DNA of 64,000 nucleotides, taken from contig CP075493.1 in assembly GCA_021613535.1 (NCBI GenBank), positions 13,454,001 to 13,518,000 on the forward strand, written 5' to 3'. A program made the position numbers and the translations under genes. Shown piece after piece: positions 24,527 to 37,852 of this stretch. This DNA comes from Adineta vaga (Eukaryota > Animalia > Rotifera). Below the pieces are notes generated by a model. It was given only the letters and a program-made list of their open reading frames with translations. It did not search any database and was not told where the DNA came from. Position 1 is the stretch's first letter. The number at the start of each line of letters is the position of its first letter.

Positions 24527-25101
24527 TTACATATTGTAATTTTGACATTCACCTGATGGTCGTTTATCAAAATAAAGTTTACATATGTCTCTTGGCATAC
24601 CTGGTTCTTTACAGCAATTATTCCATGGTACAACATCATGTTTATTATGTGCATTCCATTGAACGAGATCCAAAATGAAATCTGGTGCACGTTCACGATC
24701 TAATGTACCAGCACCTTGAAATGGATCATCCATCCAATTACCTGCTTTATCATAACAACATTGAGCACCAGGTCCTTTACTTTTATATGCAAAACGATAA
24801 CATCCATATGCACCTTTATATAACTACATGTATTTGGTTGACTACTTGCTGTACAACCTGTATCAGTTTTCCAAACGTATGTTCCATCACTGACTTGTTG
24901 GGGAAACGTGGCTGGAACACGACATGGACATTTTCTTGTTTGTTCCAAAAATACTAATGGATTTGGTTCAGCTTTAGACCATGCTTGACATGCTGCAGTA
25001 TTTTTTTCCACTGTTGTTGCTCGAAGATGATCATCAGGAATTAAATTTCCTTTCAAACATACGACTGTTATTGTCAAAATAAGAAGCGATAAGATTCCCA
25101 T
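24527..25101 (-). pseudogene. Secreted stand-alone AMOP-domain protein, 1-nt frameshift
   Basis: Signal peptide, CPC, D.GC, CSY/(fs)HKGAYGCYR, GPGAQCCYD, GAGTLDR, HDVVPWNNCC, CKLYFDKRPSGECQNY; frameshift ~24820. Confidence 0.7.
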
Positions 25102-25480
25102 GTTTCGTATGATAGTTTACAAAATGAATTGTATTTTTCATCATCAACAACGATTTATAAACTCGATAGAAAAAGATTATAAAATGATTATCATTGAAGA
25201 GTTTTATTATTGAAATTTCTCATTTATTACTTATTCTCTAATCTTTATAACGTTGCTTTCAAGATCTAAAAGAACAACTCGTGATGTTCATGTCAAAAAG
25301 TAACCTTAGTCACATCAAATGACATATACTAAATCGAAATCTAAGAGAACAAATTCTTTTATATTTTACAATGTGCATTCTGCTCTAACGATAAGAATAT
25401 TTTATAAGCAAAGCAATAAACTAATGAAAGTGAATCAATAAAAAAACGAACGAATATTCTTTATATCTCTTATCATTATA

Positions 25481-26644
25481 TTACAGAATAGTACAAAGAT
25501 CAAAACCTGTTGTTTTCAACTGAGATGCTTGTTGATTCATTTTCACTCGTACATCCTGTGACATACTATTAAATTGAATTTTAATTGTTTGTAGAGTATG
25601 GTTTATTTTCAATGTCTCAATCAACGCCAGAGCACCTGTTTTCGTAATATAATTCCATTTTACATCTAATTCAGTCAATGTATGATTGAATTTAAGTGCA
25701 TGTGCAATAACGATGATTTCATCATCGCCAATATTATTATCCCCTATATCAATCCATGTCAAAGTTTCATTTATTTGTAACATTTCTGCGACTAGTTCAC
25801 ATCCAAAGGAGGAGATTTGCGTTTGATAGATATCAAGATGAGATAATGTTTGATTGATCATTAATGCATTACAAATACTTTTAATTCCTTTATCTTGAAG
25901 ATTATTTCGACAAATATTCAAATGTTTTAATGTCCGATTTGATTTTAACATTTTACCAATTGCTTTGCATCCAATAAATGTAAATGCATTTTGACTTAGA
26001 TTCAATTTCTTTAAACTATAATTATCAATTAATGCATTAGCAAGTAAAATACAATCATCATCATTTATCTTACAGGATATATCAAGATCAGTAAGAGTGT
26101 CGTTGACTTGTAATACTTCGGAAAGTAGTCTGATGATTGAACGATCTACAGATCTAATTTTTAATTGTTTTACTCTTTTATTCTGTTTGAGTGCATAAAC
26201 AATTCGTTTGATATCAATAGTAGAGAACTTTTCATTGTCTATTTCTAATGTCACATCTGAAAGATAATTCGATAATTGGACCATTTTTGTTTCAGACTGA
26301 TTTTTGATCGTAACGGTGTTGATTGAAGGAATCGTTTGAGGTATTTGCAATAATTTAGATTTGAGAAAAATAATATTCGAATTTTTGAATAGAAGTTCAT
26401 TGATGAATGTTTCTTGTTCATCTAAGATGTGAATCGGTGCACCGTTAGCATGAATAAATAGTTCATTTTCCGAAAAATGCAGTAAACGTTGATTCAATAA
26501 TCTTCGTAAATGGGCAACTTTCAATGAACAATCGAGACTTAATGTTAATTCGACAGTGTCATTTCGATTGATGATGCATTTTGATGTTTTTGTTCCGAAA
26601 AAATATGCAATAATCATTCGTATACAGTCCATTATAGTAAACAT
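25481..26644 (-). CDS. RI-type (NLRC3-like) leucine-rich repeat protein with a possible ubiquitin-like N-terminus
   Basis: Intact 387-aa ORF with 28-aa repeats such as LKHLNICRNNLQDKG; N-terminal ~70 aa show a beta-grasp-like pattern. Confidence 0.8.
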   Translation of the reverse strand: MFTIMDCIRMIIAYFFGTKTSKCIINRNDTVELTLSLDCSLKVAHLRRLLNQRLLHFSENELFIHANGAPIHILDEQETFINELLFKNSNIIFLKSKLLQIPQTIPSINTVTIKNQSETKMVQLSNYLSDVTLEIDNEKFSTIDIKRIVYALKQNKRVKQLKIRSVDRSIIRLLSEVLQVNDTLTDLDISCKINDDDCILLANALIDNYSLKKLNLSQNAFTFIGCKAIGKMLKSNRTLKHLNICRNNLQDKGIKSICNALMINQTLSHLDIYQTQISSFGCELVAEMLQINETLTWIDIGDNNIGDDEIIVIAHALKFNHTLTELDVKWNYITKTGALALIETLKINHTLQTIKIQFNSMSQDVRVKMNQQASQLKTTGFDLCTIL

Positions 26645-27380
26645 TTGATAGAAACAAAGATGAATATAACTATAAATTTTAAAATATTTTTTTTATTGAT
26701 TCTCATTAACTTTTCTGAATATCAAACGAAAATCATTGATGCATAACAGATCGGTACACATACATTTACGACAGATAAGAAAAACAACATAAAACACGTG
26801 TTAATTTGTGCCCACACAACTCCGTAACTATTTTCTTTATCTCATCTACCTATAGTTACATTTTTTCGAAAAATTTCATCACTTATAATGAAACATCGAT
26901 GTATCAAGAAATAATATGGCAGGTCTTATTCTTTCCTACAATCGAAATGGGAATGTTGTAGCATAATATACAATATATACACTTATGTACAAAACGCATT
27001 TATTAAATTCTCTCGTAATGAATAAACATTAGGCTGTAGATAAACTAGAAGAATCTCACTAATACCTATATGATAAAGTAAGTTTAAAAATTTTGAAAAA
27101 AAAAGTACTCTTCAGAATATCAGTTCACTTTGATGTTAATTAATTTTCAAAAAAATGTTCCTATCTGTTTATGACACAAGCATTTGGTAATTATGAAGCA
27201 CGAGTATCTTTTATTTCGTCATAAGAAGAAATGAATATCGTCACAAAACTATGATATATTAGTAAAAGTATAATTTGCTACTGCAAGCTAACATTTTATT
27301 TTAAAAGATAGATTAAATTTTCTTTCTATTAAGACCTAATCTAACGTAGAAAGAGCATTGAATATTAGTTTTTCTTTGTT

Positions 27381-28514
27381 ATGGAAGTGAACTCAAATAC
27401 TACGCCACATTTCGTCATTGGAGAAGATCTCAACGTAATGAAAATATCATTAGTCGAAAGAAATATTAAGTTTTATTTGCTTCTCTTCATGAGTATCCCT
27501 TCACTTGGCTGCACAATTCTCGCGTAAGATTCGTCAGAAAAATATTCTAATATTTAGTACTTTTATTTTAGTTTTTGTTATTTTAAACAGGGCGATTTGC
27601 ATAGTCGAATTTTTTATCCTGTTCTTTTGAATAATGCCATGCTCATCGTCACGGAACTTCCGATCACATTAATGTTTTTACACAATGGATTTATCTCTTC
27701 AAAAACTCTCTGTACGGGATGGATCGTGGTTAATTCTACATTTTTCTTGTTAAGTATCACTTTAATGGGATGGGCATCAGTTGAACGATATTTATTTATA
27801 TATCATGAGCAAATTATTATACGGCATTATATACTGCTTCATGTTGTACCCGTCATATGTCTGCTCTTCTATTGTCCACTGTTCTATATTGGAGCTGTAG
27901 TACTGCACGAATGTCAATTAGATTATGATATGTATCGATATGTTTGCGGTGGCGCATGTTATCAGTACGAGATACCTCTTAGTCTGATCAATTGGATTGT
28001 AAATGTGTTATGTGTAGTGATATTCACGTTCGTGATTAATCTCATCTTGATCATTCGTCATGTTATTCAGCGACAACGAATGAAAAAATCTGTTTTTGTC
28101 GCAGGTAGAAATCAACAATGGGTAAGAATACGTTTGATTGTTTTAGTTATATATACATGTAATTGTTCTTAATTATAGCGTCGTTCAATGAAGTTAATCA
28201 TCCAATTACTTGCAGTTTCTTTGTTGTATATAGTTGGATGGATTCCGTACTCTATAATTTCACTTATTCAGATATTTGTCAATAATAAATTATTATTTAA
28301 TCTTCTTTCCACATATTTCACTTTTATTCCACATATTCAGACTATATTATTACCTTATATTTGCCTTTTATTTATGCCCAACGTCAAACAAAAGATGTAT
28401 AACGTACTCTTTTCACTATGTTGGGAAAAACCAATTTATCGAAAGAATCAAGTGGATACCATAGGCAATAAACAGTACCCTGCCATTGTCAAACTACCAT
28501 TAGTTAATCAATAG
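27381..28514 (+). CDS. Orphan rhodopsin-like GPCR (3 exons)
   Basis: WASVERY, CGGACY, VGWIPY; introns 27524-27571 and ~28122-28178 keep the frame; paralog of the 3673 GPCR. Confidence 0.8.
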
Positions 28515-28773
28515 AAGATGGATTCGATTTTGATCTGTATGTCACTGATGATTTAACATTCAATGAATATAATTGCATTTGAATTTAAACTTAGTTTTTT
28601 TTTAACTATGAAAGAAAGCTAGTTAATCGTACATAGTATATATTGTAATAAACATTCGATAGAAACGAATATAAATATAATTCATTTTTGTTATTTCTCA
28701 TTAACTACTCAAATACGAAAAATAAATCATTGAGACATATAGCCAACATAAAACATGTATCATTACTCGTTCA

Positions 28774-29690
28774 ATGATGTCGACGACTAAGAAGCTCATT
28801 TCTTTTCATACATTACGCATGGAACTTGTTTATCGTATTCCGGATTATCAAAATGATTTTACTCTTCTATGTTCAATGCGTAATGTTTGTCAACGATTTA
28901 ATCTAATTATAGACATGTAATAAAGTATACTTTGACAATCGTAAGATTGGAAATGCCGAAAGCCAACTTCTAGCTAATGCACTGAGGAATAACTCGATAA
29001 CTGTTTCTACATATGATATATGATTAAATGCACTTTTTCGTCCAGGTTATTACTGATCTTATGGTTTATGGCAATCAAATCGGACATGTCGGCGCAAAAC
29101 ATTTAGCTAATGCCTTACAATGTAATACAGTAACTCATATTGTTTGTTTATTAATCGCATCTATTTCTATCTTAATTTTTTCATGCAGACGCATTCACTG
29201 AATTATTTCTTAACAATAGCAGTATTAGCTGATCTTGGAGCACAACATTTAGCCAATCTATTGAGGAATACAAAGGTAGATGATGTCTTCTTTATGAACT
29301 TATCTACGCTGTCTCTACTAGACACTTGTTGCATTAATTCTTTACAAATGTCACATTGGAGATGTTGGAGTTCAATACCTAGCTGATGCATTGAGACATA
29401 ATAAGGTAATTGTCATCTTTTCTTTATCTTTGTCCTATATTTATCTACATTTTATATCTAGTATAGACACTTATGCATTTAAGTCTCGCAAGGAATCACA
29501 TCGAAGATTTTGAAGAACAATATGTTGCTGATGCACTAAGATATAACATAGTAACTATCAATTCTCTCTGAATGTATTTCATAGATAATAGTCTCACTCT
29601 ATCTGGACGAAGAATTAATCGGAGAGGAGCTTTCGAACCAAATTGATGGATTTCTTAACAGAAATATACAACTAACATATACGTATGTAA
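28774..29690 (+). pseudogene. F-box + RI-type LRR gene remnant
   Basis: F-box-like FHTLRMELVYRI...MRNVCQRFNLII followed by TAA. LRR units (GNQIGHVGAKHLANAL) sit in single-repeat exons with broken splice sites and stops. Confidence 0.6.
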
Positions 29691-29957
29691 AGATTAATAT
29701 TGGCGCGACTCTATTGCAGAAATGGTATTAGTTCGTAAGTGCCTAAACATTTTTTATAGATTTCATTCTAAAAAAAACACGAATAAAATTGCTTTTATTT
29801 AAGATTCAAAAAGTAGTAACATCTCATATGACAAGTTTTGTGATTATAAAATTCTGTACTTTTCAAATGAATGAACATGAAACATATTTAGTACAACATT
29901 GAACATCAGACAATATAATATTTCTTTCGAATAATTTTTATAAGAAGCACACAACAT

Positions 29958-30957
29958 TCAAGATATTTCATTTCGCGTGTCTCTTTGATTTGGCATAATT
30001 TGATTTTTATAACATCGTACAAGATACATTTTGTATAGAACATAGTGTAATTGTCGACGAAAGCGTTGCGATACACAAACATATGTATAAAATGAACTCT
30101 AAAATTTGATTCAATCAAATCATTATTTTATCAAATATCATTCTTATCCCATTACTATAAACAGAAAGAATAACAGTCACAGCATTGACCAAATTCTTTA
30201 CGGCTAAATACACAGAATCACGATTTGTATTCACTGCTGATATTGTACTAACAACAGAATATGGTGAATAAGTGCAAACATAAACCAAAGTTTGTGTAAG
30301 AACCATAATTGTTAATTGTTTCTCTAATTCTTGACGAACTAAAGGAATTGATCGATATCTTAGATTTCGTACATTTTGGAAAGCCATAAAACCAAATATA
30401 ATTGTAATTAATGGTATAAGATTATTGTAAGTAAGAAAATATCCATATGTATGATATTGAAGAAAGATACTATTTACTGTTACACAGACAGCTGTATTGG
30501 TTGATGAAATTTTATCAAAAAATATCACATATGGAATTCTATTCAATAGCCAAATTAGAGTAATTATTACAGTTATACGATGAGCTACTTTAATATTCGA
30601 CCATTGTTGCTATCGAAGACAAGAACAACTGGCAAAATATTGATCGATTACAGCCATACATAAACATGTTATTGAACCCATATTACATGTCGTTGCAATG
30701 AGATTTCGTAATTGACAAAAAAAGAATATTGATACCGAATAATTCATTCCAAATGATAAGGATATTATAATAAATACTGTACTAAAACTAAGTCGGATAA
30801 AATTAAAAGTTGACATGACTATGAGATAAAGTTCCGCTGAATTCTGACGAAACGTATTCAAACTAAGCAGGACAATAATACTGAATAATTCGCCAATAAT
30901 ACTGGCGATAAATACCGGTAGACCAAAATAAAGTACTGCAATTTTTGTTTCAGACAT
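29958..30957 (-). pseudogene. Orphan GPCR with premature TAG
   Basis: AVIDQYFASCSCLR*QQWSN; the paralog at 54 kb has W at the stop position. Also IPLVRQELEKQLTIM and YVCVSQRFRRQL. Confidence 0.7.
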
Positions 30958-31251
30958 TGTGATCTAAAATTCCTTACTTTTTTTTAACAATCTTAATAGT
31001 TCAGCATAAACGAAATGTCGAACACATCTGTACTTGGTTTAAAACGATATGAATAGAAAACAAGAAGAACATTGTCATGAAAAAAGTATATGGATGCCTT
31101 TTTAAACAAAACGAACTGGAAAAAAGAAATCGAAGAACAGATTTTGTATAGTTTAAGTTGTTGTCATTATTATTCAAATGTTATTTTTTGCTAAGCTAGC
31201 GAAAAAAATGTTCGATTCTTTATACTTGTCAGTTGTAATTAGAATATTTTA

Positions 31252-31485
31252 ATGATTGATTGTGTCTCAGACAATCCTATGTATTCTTTGCATGATACTG
31301 TAGATGATGAAGTTTAATTTTGTCTAAGGAATCGTGCTAATAGGCAGACTTCTATACGTTTGATAAATTTAGCCATCAGACGTCATAGAAAACATAATTG
31401 TTAATTTTTCTTCATTATATAAAAGTACGCACTCGGGTACATGAGCAATGCGTTTTGTCATGCTTTTCAAATCCTCACTCGTTAT
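31252..31485 (+). repeat. Direct repeat copy 1 (~230 bp; copy 2 at 33375-33615)
   Basis: Shared blocks ctatgtattctttgcatgata, gtagatgatgaa, cgtcatagaaaa, ggtacatgagcaa, ttgtcatgc. Confidence 0.85.
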
Positions 31486-31555
31486 TTTAATATCCAAGCA
31501 GACGAGAATTTTCAAACACGCGTCTAAACGCTACAAAAATCTTAACCGTGTCTAA

Positions 31556-31759
31556 GTTTCCACTGTAGTTCCCGATTATAATTCAAAAACGTCTTGAAAA
31601 ATAAGCAATTAAAAGGCAAAATGTTTCGTCGTTGTATTTTTATGATACTATAACTCACAACTAACTTCTTAATCAATAATCTTAATGAAAGATCAGTTCG
31701 AAACACTCATTATTTTTCTTAACGGTTTTCTCTGTCAATTGGGAACTACGATTGCAACT
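31556..31759. mobile_element. Decayed MITE-like inverted repeat
   Basis: gtttccactgtagttcccga...gaaaaataa vs ttatttttc...tgggaactacgattgcaac; imperfect arms of ~50 bp. Confidence 0.35.
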
Positions 31760-32379
31760 GGTATAAAACGATAATACTCTCGAATTCTTTTCAGAAAACA
31801 TCCCTAATCATATTCTCATCATAATGTAGCTAGTAAAATCTGCCGTGAAAACGTATTGTTTTTCTCTAACTCAAATATGAAGGCATTAGCAAATATCTGA
31901 CATTTTCTTCAGCACACGTAGAGCATTCGAATATACTGTTTTCATCTGCTAAATCATTTTCGTGTAAAAATATCGAAGTTTTCAGAGTAATTCATATTGA
32001 AAGTAGAAATGAATCTGAAGAAAGGAATACAAATTCAGATTTGAGATTGAACGTTCAAGATTTTAAAGAAACTGAAGGATTTAATTATGTATGAATGGCT
32101 GGATATTAGGCGACGAAATAAGTTTTCCAGAGTTTGTATAAAGTATAGAAGATAAATCGGCGAAGGAGATTGACGGAAAAGTGTTTAATCGATTCTTATA
32201 TTTTTGTATGATTATCTTGAACAAAAATGAAGAAAACAATTTCATTCTGAATAAATATATCTTACGAGTAAACGTTACAAAATCCTAATTTATTGATGTA
32301 TTGACAGTATTATAATATGTGTAATTAATGTTTATACGAGGACTTCTTTCGACACGCATTTTTCCAAAATCTTGTATGC

Positions 32380-33340
32380 TTGAAATGCCACCTAACATAT
32401 TTTCAACAGTAGAAGTAGATTTATATCCATCTTTAAGTATATGACGTAGTTCATCGATGTTTACATATCATTATTAACAAATTTAATAACAACAGTAAAT
32501 TGTGGTGATAGACGTTTCGGTAGATCGGGTATAATTGAAATATTTTCAAGTTTGGTTGGATACTTTTTTGCATCATATAAGTAAACAAAATATATCTATA
32601 TCTTTGACTACACCAAGCAATCGTGTACCATCAGTGTCATGTTGCCACTAGCAATCACAACCATTAGATCTTGTATGATTAGTATTTTGTTTTCGAAAAT
32701 CATTGCTAATAAAGTTAATAAATGATGTTACTAATTTAGTAGCTATTTCATTTGAGTTTAATTTTGGTCGACATTCTTTAAAAGAAAGACAGTGCTATAA
32801 TGAATCATAAAAGGTTTTATTAGAGCTTTAGAACCTTTTTTTAGTTCTTTTTTAGAGAGCATTCCAATACTTTTGGGGGAAGATGTGAATCAGCAGAATA
32901 GTTACTTGATTTTTTATTTGTACTATTTAATTGATGCTTATTTCTTTGTACGTATTTGTTTCATTTCGACGTTGTTGGTTACTATTTCGAATTATTGATG
33001 ATCTGTTGTAATTACTATGGTGATGATGATTACTTCAAAAAACATCATGCATTTTTTTTATATTTTAGACTGAGAGTAACATTTGAATCTCTACGAATTA
33101 AATTGCGTGATTGTTTATTGGGTGTTCCAGCTCTATTTTCAATATTAAAATTTCTTTCTTAAACATCAAAGTTGGTGGTTTGTTCATTAAATTCTGCTTC
33201 ATTTTTCAGAACGGATATGTTGTTCTCTGTATTGTGTTGGGTATTTTGGAGTTTTTGACCTATATTTATCAAGCCATCAAGACTTACAATTGCTCGCTCA
33301 GGATCTTTTCATGTTTGTGTATTCATATCGGATAATATTG
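32380..33340 (-). mobile_element. Degenerate retroelement ORF1-like remnant
   Basis: Broken translation ...YLYDAKKYPTKLENISIIPDLPKRLSPQFTVVIKFVNND/VNIDELRHILKDGYKS... resembles non-LTR retrotransposon ORF1. Many stops; no RT seen. Confidence 0.35.
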
Positions 33341-33374
33341 TTCCTAATTGTTTTATTAAGAAAGGTCGTAGTAT

Positions 33375-33615
33375 ATGATTAGTTGTGTTTCAGATAATTC
33401 TATGTATTCTTTGCATGATATTGTAGATGATGAAATTTAATTTTTTATGAAGAATCGCGTTAACGAGTAGACTTCCATACATTTGATAAGTACGTTTAGT
33501 CATCATGCGTCATAGAAAAAATAATTTTTGAGTTTTTTTTATTACGTAAAAGTACATACTAAGGTACATGAGCAACGTGCGTCTTGTCATGCGTATCTAT
33601 TCTTCGCTCGATACA
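33375..33615 (+). repeat. Direct repeat copy 2, immediately upstream of the ART start codon
   Basis: Diverged match to 31252-31485; ends ~60 bp before ATG 33677. Confidence 0.85.
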
Positions 33616-33676
33616 ATTTCATATATGAGAAAAAGAGAAATGTGCATCGTCATAAACAACACTATCGATATATGTA

Positions 33677-34453
33677 ATGACTCGATTTATTGACAATGAA
33701 TTTGTTACAAAACCTCTTTCACCTATTTGTGGTTACTGGAGTGAAAAAGTTGTTCCATTAGAACAAGCTTTGAAACCTTTCATACCTAGTATCGAACAAT
33801 TGGATCGTTCAGTTCAAGCGGCAAAAAAATATTGTCATTTTCCATCAGAACATGATTTGACTCATGATGAATCAGCTGCTTTATATTTGTATACGATGGA
33901 AGGAGGTGAGAATAGTTTCTATCGTATATTAAATCAAGCATTACGATCTGAAGATCGACCTGCATTGAGAATCTGGTTTCCATATTTAAAATTACTCGAT
34001 ACAGCATTGAGTAAATTACCGACTGTGCAAAGAAATATTTGGCGTGGTGTCATTGGAGATATCGGCAAAGATTTGAAGAAAAACGAATTATTAACTTGGT
34101 GGAATGTCAGTTCATGTTCATTATCAGTTGATGTTATCAAAGATTTTCTATCTAGTGAAACATCATCGACTCTTTTCTTGATTGAAGCTGTACATGGCAA
34201 AGATATTTCTCTCTACACAAATTATCCTGATGAAGAGGAAATATTGTTAGCTCCAGGGATTCAATTACGTGTAATAGCGAATGCTGTGAATCTTCCAGGT
34301 GGTTTAAATGTTATTCATTTAGCCGAAGTTAATGATGACAATCATCAAAATGAAGTCTTATCGTTAACCTTGAAAAGAGGACATTCCAGTAAATTCTCTA
34401 GCTCACATGTACAGATCAATCATTTTCATCGCTATAATTCTTTCATTTTTTAG
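33677..34453 (+). CDS. NAD:arginine ADP-ribosyltransferase (ARTC/toxin-like R-S-E)
   Basis: DESAALYLYT, LNQALRSEDR, IWRG, SSCS, YPDEEEILL. Probable intron ~34408-34452 to a short, possibly degenerate Cys-rich 3' exon. Confidence 0.85.
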   Translation: MTRFIDNEFVTKPLSPICGYWSEKVVPLEQALKPFIPSIEQLDRSVQAAKKYCHFPSEHDLTHDESAALYLYTMEGGENSFYRILNQALRSEDRPALRIWFPYLKLLDTALSKLPTVQRNIWRGVIGDIGKDLKKNELLTWWNVSSCSLSVDVIKDFLSSETSSTLFLIEAVHGKDISLYTNYPDEEEILLAPGIQLRVIANAVNLPGGLNVIHLAEVNDDNHQNEVLSLTLKRGHSSKFSSSHVQINHFHRYNSFIF

Positions 34454-35068
34454 CACCTAATCGTTCGAAAAAATCGACTCTTTCTTGTGGTGGTCGTCGA
34501 AGTTATTCGATTATTACACGTTATATGAATGCGACTCGGTGTACTTTTTTTGAAAGTACTCCGCATACATGAACACAATTATCGATGTGTAATTTGTGGT
34601 CGTTGTCGTCAGAATCATTCATTTAGCATGTCATTCTGTATTAATGTAAAAAGACCAAATCCATACTTCGAACTGTACCAAATAGATGAATAGATAATTG
34701 ATTGGAAGCTTGTGGAAAGTGGTAATTGGATGCATAAGAAATATTCATTACTGATGTGATCTTCGATCATCTACTATTTCGAAATAATGCTTTCAAAATG
34801 GTAAAGATTAGCGAATAGAATAATTATTCAGATTGGAAGCGTGTTACTGATTCTGATGCTACATGTCATTATTCTCATATTCAGCATGCTCTCAATGTTT
34901 TGTCTTGGAATTGTAGATGTAAATTATAGAACTACTCACGTATAATTCTCTAAAATGTTATGTATAGCTATTTATAATTAATAAATCAATCTAGATCTTG
35001 ACAAAGTTTCGTCATTGATTTATTTTATTGAATTTCAATTAAAACCGTATTAATTCTATGAAATATGT

Positions 35069-37631
35069 TTACATTTTCTTTTTTAAGTCTTTAAGGTCCT
35101 TTTGATATATGAGAAGAGAAGGATGATTTGAAGGTAATGAATTTTGTCCAACATCCAGTGCACGTTGATAGAATGATAATGCTTTTGAATAATTTCCCAT
35201 ATTTGTATATACTCGTCCGTATTTTGGTGAGATTCAGCTAAACTGGGATGATTTTCAGAGAGACTTTTCTTTTGAATATCGAGCGCTTTTTCATGAGCAG
35301 AAAGTGCTTTTGGATATTCACCCGTCATGTTTAATGCTTTTCCCAAAAGATTATATGAATTAGCCAAATCAGGATGATTCGGCGGAAGAGATGTTTGAAA
35401 AATTTTAAATGCTTTCGCTTGAAATTTAAGTGCGTTCATATGTTCGCCCTTCTTTACATATACTGAACCAATATAATTGTAGGTAACAGCCACATCAGGA
35501 TGATTGGTTGGGAGACTTTTTTGTTGGATCTCAAGTGCTTTTTCTTCATATGATAGTGCTTTTGAATACTCATTCATGTTCTCATAGACAGAACCAATAT
35601 TGTTGTAACTAGCAGCCAAATCAGGATGGTTTGAGAGTAGACTTTTTTGCTGAATAGATAACGCTTTTTCATAATAGGAAAGTGCTTTCGGATAGTCGCC
35701 CACTTTCTCATACACGGAACCTAGATTACTGTAAGCAGTAGCCAAACTGGGATGATTCGAAGGCACATTTACTTTTTGAATTTCATATGCTCTTTCATGA
35801 GAAGAAAGAGCCTTTGAATACTCTCCCATTTTCTCATATACAAAACCAATATAACTGTTAGTGGTGGCGAAATTAGAAGAGTTTGTAGATCGACTTATTT
35901 TTTGAATTTCATATGCTTTTTCATGGTACGAAAGAGCCTTTGAATATTGACCCATTTTTTCATATATAGAACCAATGTAATTGTAAGTAATCGGTAAGTC
36001 AGAGTGATCAGGGGGCAGAGTTTGTTGTTGAATTTCAAGCGCTTTCTCATAATATGTAAGTGCTTTCGAGTAAACGCCCATTTTCTTGTTCAAAGAGCCT
36101 AGATCAATATAAAATGTAGTCTGTTCAGGCGAATTGGATGAAAAGGATTTTTTTACAATCTCTAATCCTTTTTCAGAGAAGGTAACTGCAGATTCATAGT
36201 CGCCTTGCTGTTCTTTGACACGGAAAAGCTGACGATAAATATCTCCTAATTCACACTTATTAACTTGTTTCGATAGTAAAGATTCGTAAACATGTTGTGC
36301 TTCATCAAACTGACCCATTTTAATCAACAATTCACCTAATTGATACCAGGGATCTTTCTTCGGAAATATTTCTTCTCTAATACAATCAGTTAATTGACGA
36401 AGACGCGGATCGTCATCACTAGTCAGTGACAGTTTCACTTCCCATAGACGATCATTATTTTCATTGATTGGTCTCACTTCTTTAATTCGAAATATAGAAT
36501 TAGTGGAAAATAGAATTTCTTTTTCATGCGGGAAATTACCATGTGCACTGACGTCGGCGAAAGGTGTTGCCTTTATCGAGAGATCAATAGTCATTTGGAA
36601 TAAGACACCGACCAGATCTGGATTGTTCATGGCATTACAAGCGAAACTAAGAGAAATCTCACGGTGTAAGTGTGTCGTTAAAAAACTGTTAAAGCATACT
36701 AAACCACCTATTTTTCTCGCCATACAAGCCAGATCTAGTCTGGATAAACCTTGCCCTCGGTAGACAATATATTTTGTTGTATGATGATGTCCACCAAATT
36801 GCTCTGAATGAAGCTGAACAAGTTGTCTATGAAGATCACATATGAAAAAACCTGATTTGACGATGACATTAATCTCAGCGGTACGTAGTGCATAATTGAC
36901 CATGCGGCTCAGAAAGCATTCGTTTGTATACCACCAAACAGATGTTTTTTCATTGTATATTTGTTCAAATTCTTCTATAATCCGTAATTGTTGTGTATCG
37001 TCAGCGAAACGCTGACGTATAAAATCGATAAAGTCCATAAAATGCTCCCGTTCAAAATCGATTGTTAAAAGAATTTCTTTCAATACAGTAGTATACATAA
37101 ACGATGGATCGAGCTGATCGAGACTTTCAATTTTTATTCCACTGCTCGAAATAGGTGGGCTCTCTGTAGTAATTTTTTCACCGCTTGTATCATTGCTCGA
37201 AACAGCAGCATTTTTCGAAATTGTACTTTGGTTTCTTTCTTGAATTTCATTTTTCAATGCTGCACAAATGGGCTTAACTTCTGTATAGACGCCTTTACTT
37301 TTGCCCACTGATTGGCCCATTGTTCATGCCGAGATTTATTTCCACAATATATGTAAATAGCAATAATCTGCGGTTTATCATGTACGACGGATACTGTTGT
37401 TTGTCCAAATGCACCAGAAGTAATGATGAATGTCGTTTCTTCATCCATCGTATCAATAAACTTGACACATTTATCAACATCCGTAAAGGTGTACACAGTG
37501 CCAATAGTTTCCTTAAATTTTGAGATTGTTTTAATTGAATCTTGATCATTTACTTCATCGATATTGCCGTCAAGCCACACCAACAAAACGTCTTGTGAAC
37601 TTACTGTAGCTGGGTTTTTTTTCTCACTCAT
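35069..37631 (-). pseudogene. REC-like + ART + TPR protein, two 1-nt frameshifts
   Basis: LLVWLDGNID N-domain, VYRGQG / FLTTH / HEKEILF, about 10 x 42-aa TPR. Frameshifts at ~37295 (WAKV/KGVYTE) and ~35220 (HQN/GRVYTNMG). Confidence 0.85.
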
Positions 37632-37852
37632 ACTGTGTGAGCTATCAGGCAATGTAAGTATGATAAAAAAGAAGAGAAACCGTTTCAATGTGTGCAGTGT
37701 TGAATTCTCCGAATTATATACTTGTTAAAACAACAGAACGAAGCACAAACACATTAACATCCAATTTTGCTGTCAACAAAAGCATAATTCCGCGAAAAAG
37801 TGCCGTACACTTTCTTTATTTTCATACAGACGAATTGAGGTATAATAATAGC

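Noticed and set aside
31252-33615. LTR retrotransposon bounded by the direct repeats
   Set aside because: No TG...CA ends, TSD, PBS/PPT or RT/integrase. Copy 2 runs straight into the ART upstream region.
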